Shown in pieces: positions 13,097 through 27,412 of a DNA stretch of 64,000 nucleotides. The position numbers and the translations under genes were made by a program. The notes beneath the pieces are model-generated. The model saw only the letters and a list, made by a program, of their open reading frames with translations, was not told where the DNA came from and ran no database searches. The stretch is from the human T2T-CHM13v2.0 reference genome, Homo sapiens. Every line of letters begins with the position of its first letter. Position 1 is the first letter of the stretch. The stretch lies in assembly GCF_009914755.1 (NCBI RefSeq), contig NC_060929.1; one strand, written 5' to 3'.

Positions 13097-13544
13097 CTAA
13101 AACAGAATAAAATCTGATGATGAACAATAGAATTGGGAATTTACTGTTTAGCAACAAGATAAAAGAGCTTTCCATTCTGTGCAAACACATATAACATGGA
13201 ACAAAATGTAACCGAAAATTGAATGAGCTTAAAAGAAAAATAAATGCCCAGAAGCCAGAAACAAAGAGAGACTTGAAAGCCAGATCAGCCATGGGAGTTG
13301 GCGCCACGTCAGGTTCCACGGGTACTGGGCCAGACACAGAGCCTGGGGGGTGGCACTGGGGCCTTATCGCAATATGGGGAGATGGGCTATGGGGTCCTAA
13401 CATTCTCAACAGAGCCTGTGGAAAGCAGGGATCCTTGAAGTGCTGCCCAGTACATGCAAAGGGAATTGATTCACAAGTTGGGAAAGCTGCAAAGAGGCTT
13501 GACATCTGCCCAAACCCTTGAATAGGAAAAAAAGTCACCCTACA

Positions 13545-13673
13545 ATAGGGTTCCCATACTTTCTCATCACAGCTACTCACTTCTACCACTGCAATGCCAA
13601 AGCACCCATAGACAGTACACAAACAAATGGGCAGGGCACTGTCTGGCTCTTGGACATAGTTTGCTGACCCCTG
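13545..13673. mobile_element. MER58-like hAT fragment
   Basis: 'cagctactcacttctaccactg...catagaca...catagtttgctgacccctg'. Confidence 0.6.
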
Positions 13674-13699
13674 CCCTAGAGGAACTGAAATCCCACATC

Positions 13700-15280
13700 G
13701 GTGCCACACCTAGATAAGGGGTCCAGGTTTAAACTACACATGAAATGAAAGGGATATAACCCAAGACATTAACATAAAAGCTAGTCTGGGAAAGTAAAAC
13801 CACTAGGACCACAGAATTCAAGAAAAGCCACTCTACAGAAACACTTCCAAAGCCCAGGGCCAAAAGATTCCTATAGGAAAAAAAATAAATACATAACTTC
13901 TAAAGAAGCTCAAAAAGTTTTTGAAAACCCATGAGAAAATCATCTTTGAGAGAGAAGGAGCAGAATGCACAAACAGAATTAGTAACCAAGTACTAAAAAT
14001 GATAGAGCAGTCTAAAGGAGACTATGAAATAAGTATATTTAAAGTGATTAAAGAGTAAAGAAGAAACAGAAATCATAAAAAGAACAGAACTGAATAAAAC
14101 AAGAACACTCAGATTTTTAAAAATAAAATTTAGACGTATAAAGGGGAACATAATTACAATTCAAAATACAATAGATGCAAATTATAAACACCTGAAAAGA
14201 AAACTGATGAACTACAAGACAGTTTTCAAATAAAATCACCCAAAGTATAGCAGAGAAATAAAGAAATGGAAAAATACAAAAAAAGATGTTAACAAACATG
14301 GAAGATAGAAAAATAAGGTGTAACATATGTCTATTGGAAATCTTGGAAGAAGAACCTAAGATATTTAAAATGAGAAAGGCTGAGAATTTTCCACAATTAA
14401 AAAAAGACTTAGTCCTCAAATGGAAGAAGCACATCAAATTCTGAACAAGAGAAATATGTTTTAATCACACCCAAAACTCACAGAAAGATGCCAAAGGTAA
14501 AGAGAAAAACAATATTAAAAGAAAAATAATAGTAATATTAATATTAAAAGATAGAAATATTAAAATCACAAAAGGGAGAAATCAAATTTATCTATAAAGA
14601 AATAACTATTTGATAGCAAATACCTCGTGGAGAACAATAGCCGACAAAAATCAGTGAATAAAGATCTTCTAAGGGCTGACGGAAAATAACACCCAAACTA
14701 AAATCACATATAAAACGAGAATAATATTCAAGATTGAGGGCAACTTTATAGGCATTTGGGTGTAAAGACTGGATGAGTTTACCATTAACAGACTCTTGTT
14801 AAAATAAAACTAAAGGATATACTTCTTTAAGAATGATAATGAACCCAAAAAGAGGGAGAGATACGATTACTAACAAGATGCAAGAATAAGCAAAGCAAAC
14901 TGTAAACATGTTGCTAAATTTAAATAACTATTAGTAATAACAAGTTTGAAAAGTTTAGCAGCAAAGGTAAAACTAAAATTCAAGACAACCATAGCATGAA
15001 TGAGAGGTAGGCTGATAAAACAGTTAAACTCTTTAAAGTCAGGTATATATGCTAAAACCACTAAAAATATAAATACAATATTAAAAATATAAATAGAAGA
15101 GGAATAAAGAGAATAACAAAATTTAATCAACAAAATATAAAAAGGAAAAAGTCAAAGAAAAAAAGTTCACCTCACTTAAAATTCAAAATAGATTGTAGAA
15201 GTAACTCTATACTAAAAACAACAATCAATGTAAATGGCTTAAACTTGCAATTAAAGGAAAGAGAGTCTCAGCTGTTTTTT
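13700..15280 (+). mobile_element. Old L1 (L1M) ORF1/ORF2-junction remnant
   Basis: Very A-rich; 'ggctgagaattttccacaatt', 'aatcaatgtaaatggcttaaac' L1 motifs. Confidence 0.55.
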
Positions 15281-15530
15281 ATATATACATATATGTTATA
15301 TAGAGAGATATGGATTATATTTTTATATAGATTGTACATGGATATTATATATAAATTATAGATATATATATTATAGATATATGGATTTTATATATATGTG
15401 GATTATATATGTGCATGTGAATTATATATAAGGATATTATATATAAATTATAGATATATTGATTTTATATATATGGATTCTATGTATGTGGATTATGTGT
15501 GTGTGTGTGTTTGTATTATACGTATATAAT
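15280..15530. repeat. TA-rich degenerate minisatellite
   Basis: Repeated 'ggattatatat' units; ggatattatatataaattatagatatat at 15340 and 15432. Confidence 0.85.
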
Positions 15531-15586
15531 CCAACCATTGCTCTTTTAAAGAGATATGTTTAAAATATAATAATTAAGAAATAGTA

Positions 15587-15896
15587 GGCCAAGTACAGTG
15601 GCTCACACCTTTAATCCCAGAACATTGGGAGGCCAAGGTTGGCAGATCCCTTGACCCCAGAAGTTTGAAACCAGCCTGGGCAACATGGCAAAACCCTGAC
15701 TCTTCAAAAAATACAAAAATTAGCTGGGCATGGTGGCATGCACCTGTAGTCTCAACTACTCGGGAGGCTGAGGTGGGATGATCATTTGAGCCCAGCAGAT
15801 CGAGGCTGCTGTGAGCCAAGATCGCACCACTGCACTCCAGCCTGGGTGACAGAGCAAGACCCTGTTTCAAAAAAGAAAAGAAAATGAAAGAAAGAA
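15587..15896 (+). mobile_element. Alu (J-type)
   Basis: Dimer with GAAA tail; TSD aagaaatagta. Confidence 0.93.
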
Positions 15897-16150
15897 AGAA
15901 ATAGTAGGAAGTAAAAGAACAGAAAAAAATGTTTATTTCAGGTAAATAATAACCAAAAGAAAGTCGAAGTAGCAATATAAATAATTCACAAAATTGATTG
16001 TAAGGCAAAGAGCCTCATTGAAGATAAATATGGTCATAATTTAGCATTAAAGGGAACAATTTCTTTGGCAGATATGCCAATTTCGAGTCTGTGTTTAACC
16101 AATTGAATCAAAATATATACACAGATTTTTAGAAACCCATGGATCAAGCA

Positions 16151-16503
16151 TGCTATGGTTTAAATGTCCTCTCCAAAACTCCTGTTGAAATTTAATTGCC
16201 ATTGTGATGATATTAAGAGGTGGCACCACTAAGAGGTTATTAGGCCCTGAGGGCTCTGCTCCCATCGGTGGATTAATGTTATCGCAGGAGTGGGTTGTTA
16301 TAAAAAACGAGCTCAGCCCTCTCTTGCTTTCTCAAGCTCTCTTGCTCTTCAGCCTTCTGCCATGCAGCAAGAAGGCCCTCATCAGATACCGGCTCCTCAA
16401 CCTTGGACTTCTCAGTCTCCAGAACTGTAAGAAATAAATTTCTTTTTTTTATAAATCAGCCAGTCTGCAGTTATGTTATAGCAACACAAAAAGAACTCAG
16501 ACA
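16151..16503 (+). mobile_element. MST-type MaLR solo LTR
   Basis: 'tgctatggtttaaatgtcc..ccaaaactc' to 'ttatagcaacacaaaa..actcagaca'. Confidence 0.8.
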
Positions 16504-16519
16504 AAGAAGATCAAAAAAC

Positions 16520-17400
16520 ATTCAGTATACCACTACAAATATTAGAATGGTCAAAATCTAGAATGCTGGAAACACCAAATGCTGGTGAGGATGTGGAGCA
16601 ACAAGAACTCTACTCTAATTCATTGCCAGTGGGAATGCAAAATGGTATGGCCATGTTGGAAGACAGTTTGATGGATTCTTATAAAACTAAAAACACTCAT
16701 ACTATATGATCCAGCAATCATACTTCTTGGTACTCAATCAAAGAAGTTAAAAACTTATATCCACAGAAAAATCTACACACCGATGTTTATAGCAGCTTTA
16801 TTCATAGTTGTCAAAACTTGGAAGTAACCAAGATATCTTTCAATGTGTGACTGGATAAATTGTGGTACATCACAACTGAATAATGGAATGTTATTCAGTG
16901 CTAAAAAGAAATGAGCTATCAAGCCATGAAAAGGCATGAAGAAAATATAAACGCATATCACTAACTAAAAGAAGCCAGTCTAAAAGGGCATATTCTGTAT
17001 GCTTCCGACTAGATGGAAAAGGCAAAACTACATAGACAGTAAAAAGATAGTAGTTACCGGGAGAGGGAAGGATGAATAGGTGGAGCACAGGGGACTTTTC
17101 GGTAGGAAAACACTTTGCCTGATATTACCACGGTCGATGCATATCCTTGTATCTTTGTCCAAACCCATAGAATGTATAACACCAAGAGTGAGCCCTAATG
17201 TAAACTGTGGACTTTAGATGGTAATGATGTGTCAATTTAGGCTCATCGATTGTAACAAATGTACCACCCTATCAGGGGATGTTCATAATGGGGGAGGCTA
17301 TGCATTCTGGGGGAGAGTAGGGGGAATATAGTAAATCTCTGTACTTCCTCTCAATTTTGCTGTGAATCTACAACTTCTCTTTAAAAAGTCATTTTTAAAA
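16520..17400 (+). mobile_element. L1MC-type 3' end
   Basis: 'tgctggtgaggatgtggagcaac', 'gtccaaacccatagaatgtataacaccaagagtgagccctaatgtaaac'. Confidence 0.8.
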
Positions 17401-18106
17401 AATATTTAATGAGGCGTAAAATATTTGAATAACCCAATTAAAAGTGTGATATAGTGACATCAAAAGACCCCAAATCCAGACAGAAAACACTACTCTTTTC
17501 AAGTACACATGGAACATCTACAAATCCTAACTACGAACTAGGCCACGGAGGACATCTCAGTAAATACCAAAATACTGACATAAAGTATTCCATGTTCTCA
17601 CATCAAAATATAATAATTTAAGCCAAAATAAAATGAGAGCCAATAGAGTACAATAAAAAAGCTAAAAATGCTTTCAAATAATCCATGAGTAAAATAACAA
17701 ATCATAACAAACATTACGTGATACTTTAAACTCAACAACAACATATGTACTACATATTAAAATTTGTAAGAAACAGCAATAGTGACCCTTCGTGGAAAAG
17801 ATATAGACTTTCATGCACCTATTTTAAAGAGAAAAAGAAAAGAAATGGAAATTAATGAGCTAAGCTGTCAGTTGAAGAAAGGTAAAAATAACAGAATAAA
17901 TTCCAAAGAAAGAAGAAAAAAATGTTTTAAAACAAAATGCAATAAAATTAAAAACAAAGAAGTAAGAGACAAGATTAACATCTCCAAAGCTGCTCTTTGG
18001 GAAAAATAATAATACAGACTAACCTTTGGCAAAATTAACCAAGGGCAGTGGGGTGAACGCAAGTTCACACCGAGAGCATCTGTCAAATTAGAATCTAGCA
18101 GAACGA

Positions 18107-18466
<360 letters not shown>

Positions 18467-20111
18467 CTAAAAGCATTAAAGGTGAAACGTGTTGTAAAAA
18501 GAATGACTTAAATATCAAAGATTTTAAAAATCCTTTTCATGAACCCCTCAAATATGTTTTCCAAAATGGTCTTTATGGGTTCTCCTGAGAACGTCACACA
18601 TCTTATACTATTATGTAACTATGACCCTCCCCCCAAAAAAATTGCACCAAAAAACTAAGCACAATTTATTCTTTGTGCATCCTAAGCTTTAGTGCAGAGC
18701 TATATTAAAATCTAAATTCAGTTAAACAAAACATAGAAAAATTATTTCCTTATTTTATATTTCATGCTTCAAGACAAAGTGAACAACTTTTTTTCAACTT
18801 ACCAGTCAGAAGTTTTAATTAAGTCTTTGCAAACTTGAAGAGACATTAATTGATGTAGTATTAAATTGAGGAGACTAGTTTGATATGCGATAAGAATTAG
18901 TACCTAAATGGGTTTGATTTCAGATAATGTTAGGTCAGAAGTAATATGGTAAGAAAACCAGTTGGCAATATCCAGACCACCACAGGAGATACGACCTGTG
19001 GAGGAGATGGAGCTATTGGCAGGGTGGGGGATGGGTAAGCCGCAAACCTCCTGCCTGATCCAGCAAAGCTCCAAAACTGAAGGAGCTGGAAGCCTATTAC
19101 AATACTTCCTTGCCCTCAATAGTTTCAGCTACTTCTACTGGAAGTATATGTATTTTTTAAGTGACATTATTTCTCCTGCTAAGTCCACATCCTAGGATGA
19201 AAAAATGTTCCTGCATTAAAAAACAGTACAGTTAGCCTACCTAAATAAACATCTACATTTTTTCACTACATAAAAAATCTCTATGTATAAATTATGCAAA
19301 ACTAGAGCATTTATAACCCTTCCACTGCCTCCCTCTCCTTCAGACACCAGCAAATCTCTACTGAGCCCTAACACTTTTACCTGGTTTTCCTTGCCTTTCT
19401 ACCCTATGGCTTCGCAAAGGCCTGGGCTGAACTCTCTGTCAACATGTAAGACCTAGACTTTTCTTGTTCTGAGCCTTGGTCCATCCTTACAGTTTGTGGG
19501 GTCTGGGTTGTGGAATCTTCATACTCGTCTTCACATTAGTTTTGGGGTCTCAGCTCCTACTCAGTTTTCCTTTAACTCAGCTTGCCACCTCAACACCCAT
19601 CCTTTACTAAGTAGTGCCTTCTCCATCTGCTGGGATCAGCATGCTTCTAGACTTCCAACAGCCCACTTGGTTCCAACATGCTGCCCTCTTTGACCTGTTA
19701 GTACCAGCACGAACCCTAAATCTGGAGAGGATTCCAGGCTCTGATCCCTTTGACACCACCCTGATCCAAATCACTCATGAAGACTTTCACTTGAGATTCC
19801 ACTGTTGCTGAGTCTCTCCAAGACTCCTGGACGCATCACCGCCCTTACTCCATTCAGAGTCGTGGGAAGGTATTTTTGCCCCAGTTTTATAAAGATGAGG
19901 GCTGAATTCATGAGTGGGTGAGTATTTAAAGGACAGACTGCAGAACAATTAGTTAAGAGAAAGAGAATGGACAAAGGAATAAAGAAGTGTAAGTCAAAGA
20001 AAAACTCATTGGCAAACCAAAGACAGAAGTGAACAATTTCTGACATGGAAGACAAGATGGATAATAGTGTTGACTTTCTTTTAAGAAGGCTGAGTAGAAT
20101 GGGAACTAATA

Positions 20112-20405
20112 CAGTAGTCCCCTCTTATCCTCAGGAATATGTTCCAAAATCCCCGGTGGGTGACTGAAACCAAACCTTATATATACTATGTTTTTGCCTG
20201 TACATACATACAAACATAATAATGTTTAATTTACAAAATAGGCAGAGTAAGAGATGAGCAGCAATAATAATAAAATAGCACAATTTTTAACAATATACTG
20301 TAATAAAAGTTATGTGAATGTGGCCCCTCTCTCTCTCAAAATATTTTATTGTACTATACTCACCTATTTTCAGACCACAGTTGACCCTGGGTAATTGAAA
20401 CCATG
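20112..20405. mobile_element. MER44-like (Tigger) DNA transposon fragment
   Basis: 'cagtagtcccctcttatcc' terminus; 'tctctctcaaaatat..tattgtact'. Confidence 0.7.
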
Positions 20406-21129
20406 AAAAATATAACCACACAAACATCTTTCTAGCATCAACCACAGCCTCCTCTCTGAAGCCTTTCCTAACCCCAGCCAAGCAGAAGTATCAGATTATC
20501 TTTTCCTAGGTTCACATGATCAGATTCTACGTAATGTTTTCCAGGCCTGATCTCCCTATACATTTTTGTAGGCCTTGAGCTATGTCTCTTTATTTTTGAA
20601 TCCTCACTTTTTCATATAGTATCAGAGTAGTATTCTTTCCTAAGTAGCCATTTTAACTCCATTTGCCCTTTTTTAAATGCTAAATTCATTACTCTGTTCT
20701 AATGTATGTGCTTATATTTTCATCATTTCACCATCTGCCTCCTATCTGACTATGAGCTGCGAAGGCATATCTACTTGATTTATTTCTGTATTCATAACCT
20801 ACAGCATAGAAGTCTAATACATAATTGCTGTATAGCAAACGTTTGTTTCATTGCAATAAATCTACATCTTCTTATTAACATATGGGAATAAAACATGATC
20901 CCTGCATTTGAGGTGCTCACCATCTATATTCCACATATAAGCTACAGAAGTACCATGTGGTCAGACACTGCTGAGGAAACACAGGTGAACATCAGAATCT
21001 GCCATTACTCATCAATTTCCAACAAAAAGAGACCAACATTCACTGTCCTTATGTCTGAATCTGCCCCCAAAAGAAATCATTGCTTAAATTATTATAGGTA
21101 CTCTCTCTTCCCATCAAATGAAGCCTGCT

Positions 21130-21375
21130 GCATGCCACAATGGTTAAAAAAGTTGAATTCCAAAGCCAGACTGCCTGGCTTTCACCCCAACTCCACCCCT
21201 TGTTATGCCTGTGACTTTAGGCAAGCCACTTCCCCTCACAGTGAAGTTTCCCAGTTTCCTCCTCTGCAAAATGAGAGTAACAAGAGCACCCACTTTATAG
21301 GATTATTACGATTATTAAATGAATTAGCACATACAAAGTGCTTAGAACAGTGCCTGGCACATAGAATGAGCTAGC
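21130..21375 (+). mobile_element. MIR
   Basis: 'ccagactgcctgg...tgtgactttaggcaag...cagtttcctcctctgcaaaatg'. Confidence 0.75.
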
Positions 21376-22342
21376 TTTGTTATGACTCATTCTAACACTG
21401 AACTCGCTCCTCCCAAGGTGTCTCAGAGCTCCTTTTACTTTGAAGTGAACAAATTTAATGCAAATCAAAAACCCTGGGAAAGAAGAAATAGAGTGGCTAT
21501 TTTCCTCTTATAGTCAGAAAGATAGACATTTCCACCTCACTGGGATGAGAAAATGTCCCCATATTCATTATGGTAGATACCTGCTGAGTGTCTTCCCATC
21601 TTACCCTCCCTGACTCCCCTTTCCTGATAATAAACATTCCCCGTGACCCAGTGGATCCCATCCCGCCTGTGTCCACCACAGGATCTCACAGTTGAGAGGC
21701 CCAGTACTAGGCACCTCACCAGAACTGGCTAGCCCAACCCCTTCCTCGGGAATCTGGAGCTGGCCTGGTCCTGTGAAACAGTCTCAGAAGCTGCTAATGG
21801 CATAAACTGCTCATGTGAGCTGCAAGGCAAGATGGCTGGTCTGCAGTGAGCAGGTGAAAGAAGGAAGAGAAAGGGGTTGCAAGTCCAAGCGGGGTCCAGG
21901 TGCTGAGTCGGTCCTGGCGCCACCGTTTCTAAGGCCAGTGGCAGCCCTGCCTTGGAATCTGCCAGACATTGCTGACCATTTGCCTGAGCTACCTCTGGTC
22001 ATAATCATTGCTACACAGTGACAAACGGAAATAAGAGTCTACATTCCAATCGTGCCGCAATGTTCAACAGAAGATGAAAGTTAACTTTCTAAGAACGTCA
22101 ATGGAAGACATGTGGAAGTCTGATACACATCATTAGCCAAAGCTATATTTATGACCCTTTAATCCATGAAAAACAGCCTTCAATTATTAATCTGAAATCA
22201 CGAAACACAGGCTGAGGTTGCTATCGGTCACCTCCATGATGAAGATACCTCTGCCTTCTGATTGGGTAATGATTAACGGCATTATACAGAAAGGAAAAAA
22301 TAAACACACGACTGTCAACAGGAATTTTATTATACAACCTAC

Positions 22343-22450
22343 ATGAAGGTCATTAGTCTGCTTGCAAAACTCTTCGTAATCTTGGTCAAAATCCATTTTC
22401 CGCTGGTCTAGGAAATTGTATTCCTTTTTCTTTATGGTTGCCACAATGCC
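22343..22450 (-). CDS. DNAH5: DNAH5 exon 12 ([18 protein letters not shown]...NDLH)
   Basis: ORF 22187..22486(-); AG at 22451-2, GTAGGT donor; 108 nt. Confidence 0.97.
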
Positions 22451-23363
22451 CTGAAATATTATGAGATAAATTAGATAATATTTCAATATTCTTATATTAC
22501 CTAACTAAATATGACCCTTAAATGTAGAGCCTATACAATAATTGCCAGAAAAAAAATAAGTTTAAAGGAAGCCTTATTTTTTTACTCACATTGTTTTGTG
22601 CTTATTATTTTACAGGCAGTATAAGGTTGCCCTACTGCATTCAAAGAAATCACTTGGAAAGTATTTTCATGATGTTTTATGTATTTTTGAAAAAATGAAA
22701 TAAAAACCACACCTGAAAATTGGGAAAGATTTTTTCCACTAAAATTTTATTGTTAATCATATCTGAAATAATTTTTAAAGCCCAGAGTAGAATTTACTAA
22801 AATATTCTGTGTTGAATAGTTTAAATCTTCTCAGAAAATAAATAAGGCTTTCACAGAACACAAACAATATAGGAAGAAAATAAATGATGTTATATCTACA
22901 GATGAGTTACTACCTTCCAAGCTTCAAACATCTTAAAAATGTCAGACCAGAATCCACCACTTAAAACCTTTCTAAAATTAATTGTTTCCTACTGCCCTGC
23001 AAAGCTGCAGCCTGTGACTAGGAAAGTACAAACTAGGAAGTTCATCTCCTTGAAAATACTATTATCAGAAGCTTTGTTTGCTTTCAATAATGAGCTATAA
23101 TGCTCTGCGATTCTTCTTAACCAGGTACTAAGCCATTCTCAAACTCAGGTGCCCACACTGTTGACAGAAGCATATAATTTTTATGAAGAATATTGGGCCT
23201 CCTTCTTCTACAATCTCCTCTTCAAAGTCACTTCCATTTAAACATCAAATCTCTCAATAGACAAAAGTGTATAAACAGCATAACTTCTTGAATCAAGTTT
23301 ACTAGATAAAACAACCTACTTTTTCATGCTGCATAACTACAAAATTAGTTCTATTTAGAAATT

Positions 23364-23690
23364 GTGTGTGTATGTATATATATATATACTTTTTTATATA
23401 ACGTGTGTGTATGCATGGAATGTTATATAAAATATATACACACACACACTATATATATGCATGGAATGATACAATGTCTAGGATTTACAGTGCTGATATC
23501 CCTTAAAATCAAAAGAATCAAAAGTATGTGTGTGTATGTATATATACACATATATACATACACATGTAGCTTTTCCATACTTCTTTTAGACATTTTATGT
23601 AACACTATATACATATATACACACACATATATAGTGTTATATAAATTGTCTAAAACAAGTATGGAAAAGCTACTACATTTTGATGTAGTA
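23364..23690. repeat. TA/CA microsatellite region with inverted repeats (46-bp stem 23566-23611/23628-23673)
   Basis: gtagcttttccatactt...aacactatata pairs with tatatagtgtt...aagtatggaaaagctac; 3 mismatches. Confidence 0.9.
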
Positions 23691-24699
23691 ATTTTAAAGA
23701 TTTGGGAACTTGAGAAAATCCTGCTCTATGACTGGATTTAATGGTCACTTAAGATTATTAAGTTAAATAAAGGAAATGATTAATCGTGACCTTTACATCA
23801 ACTACTCAAACTCAATCTACTTAATTATTTTCTTGACAGATATTTATTGCACATCTACTATGTGCCAGTAAACTTAAAATGTTTCCTGCTATATAAAGGT
23901 ATTTTCTTTATCTCTCCCAAAACTTGGTATACTCAGGAAATGAAAAAGATTCCTTATATTGGGCTAAATTGTTAGAGTACAAAAATTAGTGTGTAGTGGT
24001 TAATTATATGATCCTTTTCAAATTCAAGTACCAAAAAAAATTTAAGATTTAGTGTCACTGTCCCCCAAAAAAGAAAAAAATTGACTATGTCCATATTAAG
24101 AATTTAAAGCAAATTGTTTGTAAATTGTTTTTCTAAAATCTTCGAAATGTTATTAGGTCACTATGCCCACTTTCAAAACTAAAATTAGTCACACAGATAC
24201 CATGACAAGATAAAGCAGTTAAAAATCAAAATAATTAGGGAAATCACATCTAGAATAAAATCAGGTCCTTTATATTTTTTAATATGGGTCCAAATAAAAT
24301 GCTTAAATGCAGAGATAATTGAGTGCCACAAAGTACCTGGTGTCAACTAGTGCCTGATACAGTATACTCTTCATTAAATATTTCTTGCAAGAATAAATAA
24401 AACAATAAGTTACAATTAAACATTTTTCTTGTGCTACTAATGAAAATGCTTTTTTAATGGTGATTAATTTTAGACTATTGGAAAGTCATTCTTATAACCA
24501 CACACCTGAAAAGAACATATTAGCACCATTACACAATTCTCAAACAAATCTAATTTCTTTATTGTTAAAAGGCCATGAGATTATTTATATTTTACTTTAC
24601 AGACTGATGATTTGAATCATTCTAAACACTGTTATTTGCATAAAATATTGAAGTTTAGTTGTGGATTATGTTATAAAATATAGCTTTAAAGTACAATAC

Positions 24700-24915
24700 C
24701 TGGTATTTAGTGGCCATGTCTTCCAGCCCTTCAATTGTGGAATCTTGCAGGACTGAATACGTCTTGAGGGTTGTAAAGATGTCTATTATCTTGGCAAGGC
24801 GTCGGTGAAAAGTTTCGAATTTTCCAAAAATATACATCTCGCTAAAATCAAATTGTTTTGCATTTGGATTTTGTTTAAGCTTTTGTTTTGTCTTGTGAAA
24901 GCAGAGCTGGTATTC
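24700..24915 (-). CDS. DNAH5: DNAH5 exon 11 ([12 protein letters not shown]...MATKYQ)
   Basis: Overlaps ORF 24655..24837(-); AG at 24916-7, GT at 24698-9; 216 nt. Confidence 0.96.
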
Positions 24916-25476
24916 CTTAAAATCAAAAGAAAAATATACAACAAAGGGAACAAGAAAGGTATCAACTTTATTTTCTTAAGTGAAGGCGACAGCAAAATTA
25001 GGATGGAATTGTAAGCCTTTTCATAGTTTCATGCCTTTGCTTGTACTCACTCATCAGCCTGGAAAATCATCTTTTCACCTCCTCTAATCTAGCAATTCTA
25101 GATTCTAATCGGGTTACTCACGATGCAACTCAAAGGTGTGGCTTTCCCATCTTGGTCCCATGGTTTTGGTAATAGCATCCTTCTATGACTCTCTCTCCAT
25201 TCATCTTAAAGATGCTTAAGGAAAACTACCTCATATTAGCTGTCTTTGTATCTCTAGTACTTACTGTGATATCAGGACATAGTAGGCTCCCAAGGAGGGT
25301 ACAAAAAGGTGAATAAATTTCCTGGGAAGGTATATTAACATTCCATTTTCTTCATAGTTAAGAATCACTGTTCTTTTTATCAACCAATGATATAATAATT
25401 ACAAAATGATTTAAGATGGTCTCAACAAAAATAAGATAAAAAGAATAGAACATCTAAATACTAAACTGACCATTAC

Positions 25477-25599
25477 CTGTTTCAGTTTAATCGCAGATAG
25501 TATTTTTTCTTCAACAACATCCTGTGGCTGGTTCCAGATGGAAGCGGTTCCATTATTGGTAATATAGGCTTTACATGCAGATATAATCTGATTTGTCAC
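25477..25599 (-). CDS. DNAH5: DNAH5 exon 10 ([12 protein letters not shown]...IKLKQ)
   Basis: ORF 25411..25599(-); AG at 25600-1, GTAAT donor; 123 nt. Confidence 0.97.
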
Positions 25600-27304
25600 C
25601 TGGGATTTTCCAATAAAATGATGTTAAGCACATAAAACAGCCATGGATTGTAAACTGGACTAGAAGGTCCTTAACTCTTCTACTTCTCAGAGTTCACAAT
25701 CTTCTAACTTGAGCTTGGGTTTATTTTTTTTCCATCACAGTTATAATCCACCAATAACCCTTTGATATTGTCAAAATCATTTGTGAAATCACAGAGTTGG
25801 AAGCACCATGGAAAATCGACAATTTAGGCCACCTTGTCTATGCAGGATGAATGTCTTAACAAAACAAGGAAGGATTCATTTCCTTCCCTGAAAACTGATG
25901 AGTTTCCCCAAATCTCCTTAGGTAGCCTGCTCTAATATCTAACTCACAGTTTACTAGCACCATGTAAAGTACTGCCGATCCTGATCTTTTCATGTGACCA
26001 TGATCAGCAATGGAAATGTCAAAAGGAGAAGGCCGCAGAGAGAAGGAAAACTAATGTACAAAACCACTAACATTTTATTCATCTCTCCAAACTTCACAAA
26101 AATCCTCAGAAATGTATTAATTTTTTGGATAAAGCATAAGGAAAATTAAATGACTATGCTGTATCCATGGAAAGATATGATGCCCAGGATTTACAGTGCA
26201 AGGGGTGGGGGTATAGGTGAAACAAGATCAGCCATGCGTGGATATCTGCTGAATCTAGGTGATATGTACATGGCATTCCAGTATACGATTCTCTCCTTTT
26301 GTACCTAATTCAACATTTCCATAATGAAAGGTTTTTTACAATTAGATAAATGGTGGTTTCATTATTTTATGCTAAATCAAGTTTTGCAAATAATATGCAT
26401 AAAATCTTAATTAATAACACACATTTACTTGTGGGTGTCATTTACCCAGGGAATACTCTCGCAACCCTAACATATAATTTTAACGTATAAGGAAGTTGGG
26501 AGGGAATCTTGCAGCCATCCCTCCTGTCTACCTGAACTACCTACATGACAGAAGGAAAACGTTTCCTATTGAGCTCTTAAGGCTGGATGTCTTTATTCCC
26601 AGGAAGAATTGTGCTTCCTACTGCGTTAGTATTCAGAACACGAGTCTTGATTCATCAAAAATTCTTCTATTTTAATATAACACTTAAGATTTTTGCTTTG
26701 ATAATGAAAAAGTCATTTACTTCTTAGAGACTGTTCAAAATGAGAATAGCAACAGTGCTTACCATAAACACTTACGAGTTAGGACATAAGGTTTAAGCAT
26801 CGTTATGTTTTTTGGCAGAATCATTATAATTGCTTTATAGATTACTAGAACATTGCAAGTGGCTTTTATTACCATGATTACTGTTCTAATAACACCAAGT
26901 AAACAACTGTGGCATCAAATAAATTTGGAACAGTGGCATATGAAATATGAAACAGGAGATAGCCAGTTAAATATAGCTTTTCTTAATTAAAATTTACCCA
27001 GTAGGAATACATGATGTGCTAAACCACATAGGAAAGAAATTCCAAGAGCAATCTTTTTTCATTTGTATTATATAAATAATAAAATATTTATTATAATAAT
27101 TACTTTGGGAAATAATGCTTTATGATTTGCTAGAATCAGCCTCTGACATCAATTTAATTCTATCTCTATTGATAGCCTAAGCCTTTTTAAAATTTTAAGA
27201 TACATACATATTGAACTGAGCCAATGTGGTAATTTTTAATTATCAAAAAATTGATCACTGGCAAAGAAATACAAATGAACATGGACTCTACATCATGCAC
27301 TTAC

Positions 27305-27412
27305 CTTTACAAACAGAGATGTGATCTTCTCAGAGGTATTATAGTAATGAGAGATACTATAGATCATTTTAATTGCATTTATAAGTGTAGGAATAGCATC
27401 CATCATGGATAG
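27305..27412 (-). CDS. DNAH5: DNAH5 exon 9 ([36 protein letters not shown])
   Basis: SxYYNT motif; AG at 27413-4, GTAAGT donor; 108 nt. Confidence 0.97.

Noticed and set aside
13014-13709. 231-aa minus-strand ORF overlapping exon 13
   Set aside because: Different frame from DNAH5, non-ATG start, runs through MER58 and other repeat-derived sequence
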